Source: Candidatus Latescibacterota bacterium
Lineage (GTDB): Bacteria; Krumholzibacteriota; Krumholzibacteriia; WVZY01; JAKEHA01
Reading direction: 5' to 3'
Assembly: GCA_963707635.1 (NCBI GenBank)
Contig: OY970173.1
Coordinates: 64,001 to 128,000, forward strand
Length of the DNA: 64,000 nucleotides
Shown in pieces: positions 41,933 through 52,958 of this stretch. The notes beneath the pieces are model-generated. The model saw only the letters and a program-made list of their open reading frames with translations. It made no database searches and had not been told where the DNA came from. Numbering within the stretch: position 1 is the first letter of the stretch; each line of letters begins with the position of its first letter. The position numbers and the translations under genes were made by a program.

Positions 41933-42517
41933 TCACTCGGACGAACGCGTCGCTCGCCCCTTCACGCGCACGTCCTGCACCTCGCCCAGCTTGAGGAAGA
42001 GGAATCTCGGGCGGCTGATCGCGTAGTCGGCCAGCGGCACCGGGAACGACGTCATGAACTCGAGGGTCTGCGGGTCGCGAAGCGTCACGTCGACCGCGAC
42101 GCGCAGCCGGCGGGTGACGCCGTGGAGCGTGAACTGCCCTTCCACCTCGAAGGCCGTCTTGGTTCCCACTGCGAGAGTGGCGCCCTTCGGGCCCAGCACC
42201 GCGGCGCCGTCGAAGATCGCGGTCGGGTACTTCTCCGTCTCGAGGTGATTCTCGCGCATGTGCTGGTTGCGCTTCCCGATGCCGGTGTCGAGGCTGGCCA
42301 TGGCCACCTCGAAATGCACCGTGACGCTGTCGCCGACGGCGGCGGGGTCGACGTCGATGCTCCCCGTGATCTGGTCGGTCTTTCCCTCGAAGGTTTCGGT
42401 CGCAGCCTTCGAGACGAATACGACCTGATTGGGGGCGCCGGCCTTGAGCGCAAAGCGCGCGGCGAACGACGGGGTCGCCACCAGCAGAGCCGCGGCCAGG
42501 CACAGTACGTGTCGCAT
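41933..42517 (-). CDS. YceI-family periplasmic lipid/polyisoprenoid-binding protein
   Basis: Signal peptide; SLDTGIGKRNQHMRENHLETEKYP and GQFTLHGVTR. Confidence 0.9.
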   Translation of the reverse strand: MRHVLCLAAALLVATPSFAARFALKAGAPNQVVFVSKAATETFEGKTDQITGSIDVDPAAVGDSVTVHFEVAMASLDTGIGKRNQHMRENHLETEKYPTAIFDGAAVLGPKGATLAVGTKTAFEVEGQFTLHGVTRRLRVAVDVTLRDPQTLEFMTSFPVPLADYAISRPRFLFLKLGEVQDVRVKGRATRSSE

Positions 42518-42530
42518 GCGATTTCCCCCG

Positions 42531-43667
42531 TCAGTACAGCAGATGAAACTGGACCAGCGTCTCCCAGTAGTCGGTGCCAATGACGTCGACGCCGGTGTCG
42601 AAGGTGGTGGAACGAACCAGCGCTTCCAGCGTGAGGAACGGCCGCGGCATCACGAACACCCCGCCCCCCCAGCGCGTCTCGGTGCCGGTCTGCAGATTCC
42701 AATCCGGGTCGACGAAGTCGTAGGTGGCCAGCACTTCGAAACCGCGGCGCACCAGAAAGGACACTTCGTTCGAGGTGACGAGCCCGGTCGTGTGTCCCTC
42801 GCCCTGCGGATCATCCCGCGTCCAATCCACCTCGGCGAGCCATTCGAAACGCCGCCACGTCAGGTAGCCGAAGGTGCCGCCGGTGCCGTAGTTCGCCACC
42901 TCGCCGTCGTCCCAGTAACCCGACACGCCGGCCGCCCAGCCGAAGGGGCCGGTGTGACCGCGATAGGTCGCGTTCAGCACGGTCGCCAGCTTGCGATCGT
43001 CGTCCGACGTGCTCCCGCGATTGCCGTTCACCACCGCGAACTGGACGTCGAGGCGCTTGGGCGAAATTCCGAACTCGACGCCGACGTCGCTGTTGGTGGG
43101 CGGAAAGAATCCGAGCTCGCTGCGCACGAACATGGTGTGGTCGTCGAATTTCCACCCGTAGGAAGGCACGAAACGCCCCAGCTTCACGTAGCCGGTGAGC
43201 GGGAGCCCCTGCCACATCCCGAACAGCTCGTAACTCGACGAGATCCCCTGGTCGTAATAGAGCGACAACTGGTCGTCCATCTGAAAATTGATATAGATGT
43301 CGCCCTGCATCTGGAAGAAATCCTTCACCGTGGCGGGCGCGTCTTCGTTCGCGTAGGTGTAGATGGTGCGGAAGTCGGTCCCGATCAGGATGCGGTTCGC
43401 AATCTCCGGATCGATGCCGTCGAGAATGTCCTTCGCCGGCTTCGCCCACGCGATCTCTTCGGGAACCAGATACTGACTCGCGTAGAGCGTGCGCAACCCT
43501 CCACCCGACGGGTTCACGTGGCAGAGCGCGCACTTCTGCTCGTAGCGCGCGGAGTAGCGCGGCAACGCCTGCGCGACGCTCGCGAGTAACGCCAGCGCGG
43601 TCAACGCGCCCGCCGCGACGAGGGTCGTCCGATCCGCTCCAAAACGAGCTCTCAAAATGTGGACCAT
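42531..43667 (-). CDS. Outer-membrane beta-barrel with N-terminal monoheme cytochrome c motif
   Basis: Signal peptide, LPRYSARYEQKCALCHVNPSGGG, YVKLGRFVPSYG, alternating beta-strands, terminal aromatic residue (FHLLY). Confidence 0.7.
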   Translation of the reverse strand: MVHILRARFGADRTTLVAAGALTALALLASVAQALPRYSARYEQKCALCHVNPSGGGLRTLYASQYLVPEEIAWAKPAKDILDGIDPEIANRILIGTDFRTIYTYANEDAPATVKDFFQMQGDIYINFQMDDQLSLYYDQGISSSYELFGMWQGLPLTGYVKLGRFVPSYGWKFDDHTMFVRSELGFFPPTNSDVGVEFGISPKRLDVQFAVVNGNRGSTSDDDRKLATVLNATYRGHTGPFGWAAGVSGYWDDGEVANYGTGGTFGYLTWRRFEWLAEVDWTRDDPQGEGHTTGLVTSNEVSFLVRRGFEVLATYDFVDPDWNLQTGTETRWGGGVFVMPRPFLTLEALVRSTTFDTGVDVIGTDYWETLVQFHLLY

Positions 43668-44386
43668 CAGTTATTGAGGGCGCCCTCGAGAATCCAGGCC
43701 CGAATGGTCTCGATTCCCTCGGGGGTGACGGGCGGCGATCCCAGCCCGGGCGGCGGCATCACGCCGCCGTACGCGCCGGTGCCGGTGATTTTCTGGAACA
43801 GGACCGACCCGTCCAGGTCCGCGGGCTTCACGCGCACGGCGGGGGCGTACGAGCGCGTGACCTGGCCGACGGTTTCGCGGTAGGACAATCCGGTGCGCAG
43901 GTCGAGGTCCGCCTCCCCGAACTGGCGGTGACACCCGATGCAGTGGGCGTCGAAGATGGGCTGGACGTCCGCGGCGAACGAAACCGTCGACGCGTTCACA
44001 CCCAGGCCCCGGCACATGACCGCGGCACATTCCGAGATTCCGCTCAAGTTGCAGTCCAGCTCGCCCGGCACCTGTGGAGCGAACCGAACCGTGATGGTGT
44101 GGGACTCGCCCGGCGAGAGGGTCACGGAGCCGCCGCCCCCGATCACGTCGAAGCCGGTTCCGCACAGAGAGCTCACGTTGACGGTCAGGTCGGCGCTCCC
44201 TTCGTTGCGCACCTGCAGGGCTTGCTGGCGCGACGTGCCCACCACGACCGTGCCAAAATCCAGCGACGAGGGACTCGTCACGCACGGCGTGTCGATGGGT
44301 TCGCCGATGTCGGAGCACCCCCACCACGAGAGGACGAGAATTCCGCCGACCCGTACCAGGAGGGATCGTGCCCGTCCGCTAGTCAT
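43667..44386 (-). CDS. Lipoprotein with Ig-like (ASPM/Hydin-type) domain and planctomycete-type cytochrome c domain
   Basis: Lipobox-like WWGC, SPSSLDFGTV...VRNEGSADL, VSFAADVQPIFDAHCIGCH, MPP and IRAWILEGA. Confidence 0.8.
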   Translation of the reverse strand: MTSGRARSLLVRVGGILVLSWWGCSDIGEPIDTPCVTSPSSLDFGTVVVGTSRQQALQVRNEGSADLTVNVSSLCGTGFDVIGGGGSVTLSPGESHTITVRFAPQVPGELDCNLSGISECAAVMCRGLGVNASTVSFAADVQPIFDAHCIGCHRQFGEADLDLRTGLSYRETVGQVTRSYAPAVRVKPADLDGSVLFQKITGTGAYGGVMPPPGLGSPPVTPEGIETIRAWILEGALNN

Positions 44387-45092
44387 TCCTCCGGCCGCCC
44401 AAGAGCCCCAGTCGCATCGCCCAGTAGAACAACGTCAACGCCGAGGTGACGAACGCGGCGACGTAGGTCAACGCGGCGGCGTCCAGCACCTTCTTCGCAC
44501 CCGCCAGCTCGTCGGGCGCGAGGTAGGCGCCGCGCTTGAGCGTGGCGAGCGCGCGGCGGCTGGCGTCGAACTCGACCGGCAGGGTCACCAGGGTGAACAG
44601 CGTGGTGGTGGCAAAGAGAAGCACGCCCACAATCGCTATCTTGCTCCCCATCACCGTCGCCGCGCCGCCCATCATGGCGGCCATGATCAGCACGAATATC
44701 GAAATCCCTCCGCCGAGGTTCGCCACCGGCACCCAGGCCGAGCGGAACTTCAACGGCGCATACCCTTGTGCGTGCTGGATGGCGTGCCCCACTTCGTGCG
44801 CCGCCACCCCGGCCGCCGACAGGCTGTCGACGCCGTAGACGGCCTCGCTCAAGCGCAGCGTCCGCGTGCGCGGGTCGTAGTGGTCGGTCAGCGTGCCCTT
44901 CACGGCCTCGACCGTCACGTTGTTGATGCTGCTATCGCGCAGGACCGCCCTGGCCACGTCCGCGCCCGTCATGCGCGAGCGGGTCGCCACCTGGTTGAAC
45001 TTGTGGAAGGTTCCCTTGGTCTTCATGCTGGCCCAGAGGCTCAGCACCATTCCGGCGCCGATCACGAGCCAGTACATGGGGTCAAAAAACAT
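44379..45092 (-). CDS. YugP-like neutral zinc metallopeptidase (membrane)
   Basis: LTDHYDP, AAHEVGHAIQH, TLPVEFDASRRA and AAALTYVAA. Confidence 0.92.
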   Translation of the reverse strand: MFFDPMYWLVIGAGMVLSLWASMKTKGTFHKFNQVATRSRMTGADVARAVLRDSSINNVTVEAVKGTLTDHYDPRTRTLRLSEAVYGVDSLSAAGVAAHEVGHAIQHAQGYAPLKFRSAWVPVANLGGGISIFVLIMAAMMGGAATVMGSKIAIVGVLLFATTTLFTLVTLPVEFDASRRALATLKRGAYLAPDELAGAKKVLDAAALTYVAAFVTSALTLFYWAMRLGLLGGRRND

Positions 45093-45304
45093 CGATCATC
45101 CCTCCGTTGGGAAATTGCCGGTAGTGGGTCCGCCCCGTCGCCCGGCTGTCATTTCCGTCACATGTAAACGTGATCAAATGGTTTGCTCGATACCGGATCG
45201 GCCCGTATCATACCGCCGACGCGGCCCCGGCCCGTGGTCGGGCCGGCCGGCATCGCCCCCAATATAAGCGAAATCACCGTCCCAGTTCCAGTCGAGGAGG
45301 AACC

Positions 45305-45778
45305 ATGCTTCGTTCAATAGTATGCGCGATCATCGTCGCCGTCGTCGCGACCGCGGTTGCCTCTCCCGCCTCTGCCCAGGACGACAAGACGTTCGGCATA
45401 GGCTTCATCATAGGCGAGCCCACCGGCATCGATGCCAAGCTCTTTCTCAATAATGAGAGGGCGCTCGAGTTTGCGGCGGCGTGGTCGCTTTCCGGGGACA
45501 ACGATTTTCGCCTGCAGGGCGACTATCTGTTCCACCGCTACGGTCTCTTCGACCTCAAGAACCAGGACGAGATGCCACTCTACTTCGGCATCGGGGCGCG
45601 CGGGGTCCTGGCCGAGAACCAAGACGATGTGTTCGGAATTCGCTTCCCGGTCGGTCTCGCGTACATGTTCGCAAATTATCCGTTCGACATCTTCGTTGCA
45701 ATCGTGCCGATCCTGGACGTCGCGCCCGAAACGGACTTCGACCTCGAAGGAGCGATCGGCGCGCGGTTCTGGTTCTAG
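45305..45778 (+). CDS. Small outer-membrane beta-barrel protein (DUF3996-like)
   Basis: Signal peptide, FGIGFIIGEPTGI, GIRFPVGL, C-terminal GARFWF. Confidence 0.75.
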   Translation: MLRSIVCAIIVAVVATAVASPASAQDDKTFGIGFIIGEPTGIDAKLFLNNERALEFAAAWSLSGDNDFRLQGDYLFHRYGLFDLKNQDEMPLYFGIGARGVLAENQDDVFGIRFPVGLAYMFANYPFDIFVAIVPILDVAPETDFDLEGAIGARFWF

Positions 45779-45816
45779 GACGCGGTGGGGCGGCATCGCG
45801 CTCGACGCGCGTGACG

Positions 45817-47404
45817 TCACGGGGCGGTGCGGCGCAGCAGGATCAGGGTGACGTCGTCCGAGGCCGGGCCGCCCGCCAGGAAGCCCTCGACCGCCTGGAC
45901 GATGCGCCCGCGGATCAGCGGCAGCGGTTCGGCACGGTCATCGACCAGCACCTTCTTCATGCTGTCCAACCCGAGGAATTTTTCTCCGTTCGTCGTCGCC
46001 TCCGGGATCCCGTCGGAAAACACGGCCACCAGGTCGCCCGGTTCGAGCACGACCTCGCGCTTGACCAGCGGGATCTCCTCCATCATGGCGAACGGAAGCG
46101 TGGTTGAATCGAGCGCGGTCAGGCTGCCGTCGCGATGCGAAATCAGCGCGGGCTCGTGCCCGGCGTTCACGTAGACCAGCAGGCCGGTGGCCGGTGTCCA
46201 GCTCGCCGATGAACAGGGTCACGAACTGCTCCTCGGCCAGGCTCTTGTAGAGTTGCCGGTGCAGACGCGCCGCGAGCGTGTCGAGGTCCCCTTCGATGTC
46301 GGCGAGCAGACCGACCAGCACCGCGGCGGCGCTCATGGCGAGCGCGGCGGGCATGCCTTTTCCGGTGACGTCTCCGAGCGCAATCAGCACGCGACCGTTG
46401 GGCCGCGGCCCCACGAAGTACAGGTCCCCACCCACCGCGCGGCACATCACCTGGTGGGCGTCGACTTCGTAGCCGGCCGGCACGCTGACGCCGTCAGGCA
46501 GCATCGCGCGCTGAATCCGCGCGGCGGTGTGGATCTCCTCCTCCAGGCTCAAGTTCCGGAGCTTGACCGCCACCGCGTTGGCGGCCGCGGTCAGCACCTC
46601 GAGATCCGCCTGGGAATAGCGCACGCTCGCGTCGGTGGTATCGACGTAGAGGATGCCTCGCACCCGCTGGTTGTCGAAGAGCGGCGCCGCCATCGCGGAG
46701 CGAAGCGACAGCGCCATGATGCTCTGTTGCATTCCGAAACGCGGGTCCTCCAGCGGATTCGCGACCAGCACGGACACGCGATCGCGCAGTACGCTGCCGA
46801 CGATGCTCGAGCTCAACTGCAGCGGTGCGTCCGGGGCGCCGCTCTTGGTCCAGCGCGCCCTGGCCTCGACGCCGGTGGCTTCGCCCGAGTCGGCGAGCAT
46901 GACCACGCGTTCCGCGGGGACGGATTCGGCGACGAAGCGGCACGCGGCGGTTTCGATCGCCACCGCGTCTTCGCTGGACGCCAGCAGCTCGAAGAGCTGC
47001 GAGCTTCGATCCATGAGCCGATGCTGCGCGGCCTGTGAGTAGCCCTGCCCGATGTTGTACCGGAGGCTGGTCGCGACCTGATGGTCGCCGAGCAGCCGGT
47101 GCGACGCGGTCGACGTCGGGCCCGCGCGGCGCGTGAGCGCGCCCGCAAAACTCACCAGCGCCCCCGGCGGCACCTCGGCCCACTCGTCCCCGATGGGCTT
47201 GCCGTTGACCTCCGTGCCGTTGCGGCTCCCGAGGTCGCGCACCCACAGGCGCTCGCCGTCGACGCGCAGCGCCGCGTGCTTCTTGCTCACTCGCGCCATC
47301 GCGACCTGGACCGCGTTTTCGCTGGAGCGGCCGACGGTGTGCTCGCCGTCCTCCAGCGAGAACTTGTGGCTTTCGCCCTCCCAGACTACTTCGAGATTGA
47401 GCAT
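45817..47404 (-). CDS. FHA-GAF-SpoIIE/PP2C phosphatase; frameshift near 46190
   Basis: FHA (VGRS..VSKKHA..DLGSRNGT), GAF (SLRSAMAAPL), PP2C (VGGDLY, GDVTGKG; VNAGH, SDGIPE and DDVTL in ORF 45817..46170). Confidence 0.88.
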
Positions 47405-47505
47405 GGCGTGTGCAGCGAGTTATATCACTCCGAATGCGACTGGTCTCAATAGCGGTTCCTGATATACTGGCCCCGTTTCCGGCACGATTTCCCGTTGCTA
47501 TCCAC

Positions 47506-50173
47506 ATGATCGGACGCACCATCGCCCATTACCAGATCACCGACCGCCTCGGCGTCGGCGGGATGGGCGAGGTCTATCGCGCGCGCGACACGCGCCTGGG
47601 CCGCAGCGTCGCGCTCAAAGTGCTGCCGGATGCGTTCGCGGACGACCCCGAGCGCCTCCAGCGCTTCGAGCGCGAAGCGAAGCTGCTCGCGTCGCTCAAC
47701 CACCCCAACCTCGCGACCATCCACGGCATCGAGCACGACGAAGACCGTCGCGTGCTCGTCCTGGAGCTGATCGAGGGCGAGGACCTCGCGCGCCGCATCG
47801 CGCGCGGGGCGGTCCCGGTCGACGAGGCGCTCGCAATCGCGCGCCAGATTGCCGACGCGGTGGAAGCGGCTCACGAACAGGGTGTGATTCACCGCGACCT
47901 CAAGCCCGCCAACATCGTCGTGACACCCGACGGCGTCGTGAAGGTGCTCGACTTCGGGCTGGCCAAGGCGATCGAGGGCGACCCGTCGTCGTCGTCGAAG
48001 CTCTCGCAGTCGCCGACCCTGCTCGGCAGCTCGCCCACCGCGGCCGGGGTGATCCTCGGCACCGCCGCCTACATGAGCCCGGAGCAGGCGCGCGGCCGGC
48101 GCGTCGACCGTCGCGCGGACATCTTCGCGTTCGGCTGCGTGTTCTACGAAATACTCACCGGGCAGATGGCGTTCTCCGGCGAGACCGTGAGCGACACGCT
48201 TGCCGCCGTGCTGCGCTCGGAGCCGGACTGGTCGCTCCTGCCCGCGGGCACCCCGCGCTCCGTCGTGCGTCTGCTACACCGCTGCCTCGAGAAGGATCCA
48301 CGCCAGCGCCTGCGCGACATCGGCGAGGCGCGCATCGTGATCGACGCCGCGCAGCGGGGCGAGTCCGACCCCGAGGCGCCGGCCGCAGCGACCGCGCCGC
48401 GGCGCGCGGCGCGCGTGGCTGCCGTGGGCGATGGTCGGCGCCCTCGCCGTGGTGGCGATCGTGTCGATGGCGCGGCCGCGCGAGCGGTCCGGTCAAGGCA
48501 GGACGAGCTCATGCAGCTCTCGCTCCTCCTGCCCCAGGGCGACGCGCTCGCGCTGCGCGGCGAGCATCCCGCGCCCCCCGCGATTTCGCCCGATGGCAGG
48601 CACGTGGTCTTTGGTCTCAGCCGGCAGGGGGGCACCGTTCTCTGCGTCCGGTCGCTGGACAACGCCGACCCCGTGGTCCTGACCGGCACCGATGGGGCCG
48701 GCTACCCGTTCTGGTCGCCGGACAGCCGGCAGATCGGCTTCTTCGCCCAGGGAAAACTCAAGCGCGTCGACCGCGGCGGCGGCCCGGTCACGGTCGTGTG
48801 CGACGCGGCACTCGGCAAGGGCGGCTCGTGGGGGCCGGATGGGACCATCGTGTTCGCGCCCACGTACGCGTCCGCGATCCTCCGCGTCGCCGCGGAGGGA
48901 GGCTCGCCGCAGGCGGTCACGGTCGCGGACAGCACGCGCGGAGAAGTGTCGCACCGCTTTCCCCGCTTCCTCCCGGATGGGCGGCATTTCATCTACATGA
49001 CGCGCTCGGTGGCGACGCGCATGGCCCAGGTGGGCTCCGCCGGCGTCAAGCTCCGCGTCGCATCGTTGGACGGAGATCTCGATCGCGAGCTGATGGCCGC
49101 GGAGTCCAACGCGGTCTACGCCGACGGATACCTGCTCTTCGCCCGCAACGACTATCTCGTCGCGCAGCGCTTCGACCCGGCTACGCTGGAACTCTCTGGA
49201 GAGCCGGTGACCATCGCGAGCCACCTGCGCATGCTCCCCGGCGCGTCGCGGGCCATGTTCGACGCGTCGGAGACCGGCGTGATCGTCTATCAGGCGGGTG
49301 CGGAGGTCGATGGAAACCAGATGACCTGGGTGGATCTCGGGGGCAAGGTGATCGGCACGCTGGGCGAGCCCGCACAGCACGACGATCCCATCGCGCTATC
49401 CGCCGACGGAACCCAGGTGGCCGCGTCGATCTTCGACCCTCGCATCGGAACTCCCGACGTCTGGATCTACGACGTGAGACGCAACCTGCGCACGCGATTC
49501 ACGACCGACCCGGGGCCGGACAACAATGCCGTGTGGTCCCCCGACGGAAGCCGGATCGTGTTTTCGTCCGCGCGACGTGGACACTTCGATCTCTTTGTGA
49601 AAAGCCTCGAAGGCTCGAAGCCGGAGGCATTGCTCGCCACCGGCGCGGGCGACAACTTCGCCGCCGCGTGGTCGCCGGATGGTCGAATCGATCCTGTCGG
49701 TACAACTCGTGGCGGGCGGAGGCTGGCAACTGAATGCCAATCCGGTCGACGGCGGAAAGCCCGAGCCCGTCCTCGTGCTGCCCACGGCTTATGGCGTCGG
49801 TTTTTCTCCCGGCGGAGGCTGGATCGTCTATGACTCCAGCGAGGGTGGAAATCGTGATGCCTACGTGGTCGCGCTTTCGGGCGCGGGGCGCAAGTTGCAG
49901 ATATCGAAGGCGGGCGGTTTCAACCCCCGCTGGGTGGGGTCGCACATCTACTACTTCAACGAGCGCGGCGTCCTGCGCACGCAGGTCGGCGAACGCGACG
50001 GCAGCATCGTGATCGGTGACGAAGAGCTGCTCTTCGAGACCGTCAACCTCGTGGACTTCGAAGTGACTCGCGACGAGAAGCGCTTGCTCCTCCTCCAGAC
50101 GATCGACGAGGGCAACCGCGCGCCCCTCTCCCTGGTCCTCAACTGGCAGAAGAAGCTGCAGACGGGGCCATAG
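47506..50173 (+). CDS. Hanks-type Ser/Thr kinase with TolB/PD40 beta-propeller sensor region; frameshifts near 48410-48490 and 49690
   Basis: LGVGGMGEVY, VALK, HRDLKPAN, DFG, YMSPEQ. A TM segment (MVGALAVVAIV) is hidden in a shifted frame. SPDG repeats; the C-terminus VLNWQKKL is in ORF 49679..50173. Confidence 0.88.
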
Positions 50174-50190
50174 CTCGCGCCCCCGTCCGG

Positions 50191-50298
50191 CTACTTACCG
50201 TCGTGTCGCGTCGTCAGGACTTTCCAGAAGCACCAGATCGTCAGCCCCCACACGAACACGAGCGAAGTCAGCATGAAAAGCCATCCGCCGGGTGTCAT
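50191..50298 (-). CDS. 35-aa membrane peptide, MetS-like small subunit of the NSS transporter
   Basis: GGAGG RBS, then MTPGGWLFMLTSLVFVWGLTIWCFWKVLTTRHDGK*, 20 nt after the NSS gene; below the ORF-track size cutoff. Confidence 0.7.
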   Translation of the reverse strand: MTPGGWLFMLTSLVFVWGLTIWCFWKVLTTRHDGK

Positions 50299-50318
50299 CG
50301 TTTCCTCCCTTCCGTCCG

Positions 50319-51982
50319 TCAGTCGCGCGGCTCCTCGCGCCCGTCGATGTCGAGGCCGGCATCGCGCCAGCGACGTTCACCGATGGCGGTGCACAACACC
50401 AGGACGAAGATGGTCCCCACGATCAGAGCCATAGCCCCCTGGCGCAGGGGCTCGTCGGCTACCGACTGAATCCACGACCCCAGGTTCTGCCAGCAGAAGG
50501 CGGTGAACACCACCACCAGGTAGGTCGGCGTCACGTACTTCATGATGAACTTGTAGAAGACCGGGATCCGGATCTGCGCGCCCTCGTGCGCTTCCTTCCA
50601 TGCCCCGCTCGATGCCGAACACCCAGCTGAAGCAGATGATCTGCACCATCGCGAGCACGAAGATCAGGAACGTGCCGACCCAGTCGTCGATCGTCGACCA
50701 GAAGATGCCGTCCTTGCTGTAGTACATCACCAGGAACGAGCCGATGAGGCAGACGCCCACCATGAACGCCGTCGCCTTCTGCTTGCGTCCAGCCCAGCGA
50801 TTCCTTGAAGAACGCCAGCGCCGGGCTGATACATCGAGATCGAGCTGGTGATCGCTGCCAGGAACAGCATGAAGAACCAGATCGCGCCGATCGACGTTGC
50901 CGAACGCACCCATGTGCGCGAACACGACCGGCAGCGTGGTGAATCCGAGTCCGAAGGTGCCGCCCTGGACGGCGCCGATCATGTCGGCGGTGCCGAGGAA
51001 CACGAACGCGGCGGTGATGGTGATCAGCCCGCCGAAGCCGACCTCGAACAACTCGTTGGTGGCCGACGCGGTCAGCCCCGAGAGCACGACGTCGTCCTTC
51101 TTCTTGCAGGTAGGACGCGTAGTTGATGATCACGCCGAAGCCGACCGACAGGCTGAAGAAGATCTGACCGGCGGCCGCCAGCCAGGTCTGGGGATTGCCG
51201 AGCGCGTCGAAGCTGCGGGTTCCACATGTAGCGCGAGGCCGTTGATCACGTTCTGGTCCGGGTGCGCCGGGTCCGGCGTGCCCGAGGGTCAGCACACGCG
51301 CCCAGCACGATCAGCGCGCACACCGCCATCGCCGGCATCGCCCAGGACACGAACTTCTCGATGCCCTTCGACAGGCCGCGGTAGACGAGCCAGATGTTCA
51401 GGGCGAAGGTGATCGCCCAGAAGACGAAGGTTTCGATCGACCCGCCCGCGATGACCCCGTTCTCGGCTCGCGCCCGTGAAGTCGCTGTAGAACTGCGCCG
51501 GCGCGCGCCGTCTGGTCGGCGATCGGCGCGGTCGGCGTCGATGCCGATGCCGCCGGTGAGGTAGTGCCAGAAGTACCCGAGGCACCAGGCTTCGATGTAG
51601 GTGTAGTAGAAGGACACCGCCAGCGGAATCAGGACGCCGATGACGCCGAGGTAGCGCGCGATCGCGCCCGCCGCCGACGACGCCCAGGATCGAGGGCGCC
51701 GAGTGGAAGCCCTTGCGGCCGCCGTAGCGTCCCATCGTCCATTCGGCCCAGCCGATCGGGATGCCGAGAAGCAGGAGCGCGCAGAAGTACGGGATCATGA
51801 ACGCGCCGCCGCCGTTCTGCCGCCGCCTGGCCCGGGAAGCGCAGGAAGTTCCCGAGGCCGACGGCCGACCCGGCGACGGCGAGGATCACGCCGAGGCGCG
51901 TTCCCCATTCCTCGTGGCTGTGGGCCTGATGGTGCGCCTCGTGTGCGTCCGCCGCATGCTTGCTCGTGGTTTCTTTCGCCAT
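50319..51982 (-). CDS. Sodium-dependent transporter, NSS/SNF family; fragmented by many frameshifts
   Basis: [67 protein letters not shown] and KYVTP in successive frames. Confidence 0.85.
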
Positions 51983-52100
51983 TGTCGCCACCGTGGTTAA
52001 AAGAAACGATGGTCCCCGCGAGTCTTCGCGCGGATCCATTCATGCTGGGGGCAGATGGTATGGGCGGCCTCGCCTGCCGGTCAACCGCCAGTTTGCCGGC

Positions 52101-52956
52101 TCACCGGCCGCGCCGGCCCCGCGGCGGGCGACGCGTTCGCGCCCGGCGAGGCTTCGACACCGCAGCGACGGGAGCGCTCGCGCGCCCGCTGGTTTGCCAC
52201 GCGCCAGGGTCGACGCGGTAGTAGCGCGCCATCTCGTCGTAGAGGTCCGGGTACTCGCGGCGCAGCGCCAGCGGCCGCTCGAAGAAGCTCTCCGTCGCCA
52301 CCGCGAAGAACTCGGCGGGGTCACCCGCGCCGTACGCGTCGATCAGGGTGCGCCGGTTCGACGCCGCCGCGCGCTCGAAATGGTCGTAGGCAGCGTTGAA
52401 CACGCTCGCCCACGCGTCGCGGCGCTCGCGATCGGGCAGCTTCGGCATGCCGTCCATCTCGCCGTTCTCCATGTCGAGCTGGTGCGCGAACTCGTGCAGC
52501 ACGACGTTATAGCCGGCGCGGCCGGTCGACGCGTATTCCACCGCGTCCTCCCACGACAGGATCACCACCCCGAGCTCCCACGACTCGCCCGAGCGGTCTT
52601 CCAGGAACTCGCTCACCACGTGGCCGTCGTGCTCCTCGACGTCGGCGTAGAAGACGGTGGGATAGACGAGAATGGTGACGAGGTCGGGATAGTAGTTGGT
52701 GTCGCGATTGAGAATTAGCAGACACGCCTGTCCGGCGATGGTGACCCGCACCTCATCCGTGATCTCCTGCCCGTTGCACCCTTCGAACTTTTTCTCGGCG
52801 AGAAAGACGTGGATGTGACCGTGAAGCTGGGCGCGCAGATCGGCCGGGAGCCGCCGATAGGCGGGCACGTTCGCCTCCAGGATGGAAACCCAGGGCCCGG
52901 GGAACGCGCAGCGCGCGCAGCGCTGCCCATCGTCGCCGTTTGAGGAAGGAGAACAT
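52101..52956 (-). CDS. M90-family (MtfA-like) zinc peptidase; frameshift near 52910
   Basis: FLAEKKFEGCNG, TIAGQACLL, NVVLHEFAHQLD and AEFFAVATESFFE; the start MFSFLKRRRW at 52956 is out of frame. Confidence 0.88.
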
Positions 52957-52958
52957 GG

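Noticed and set aside
50161..50187. GACGGGG/CCCCGTC inverted repeat between convergent genes as a terminator
   Set aside because: Short stem, long loop and no U-tract; too weak to call.
50319..51982. NSS transporter as a decayed pseudogene
   Set aside because: Conserved motifs are intact and the breaks are indels, which fits a low-quality stretch; true pseudogenisation cannot be excluded without reads.
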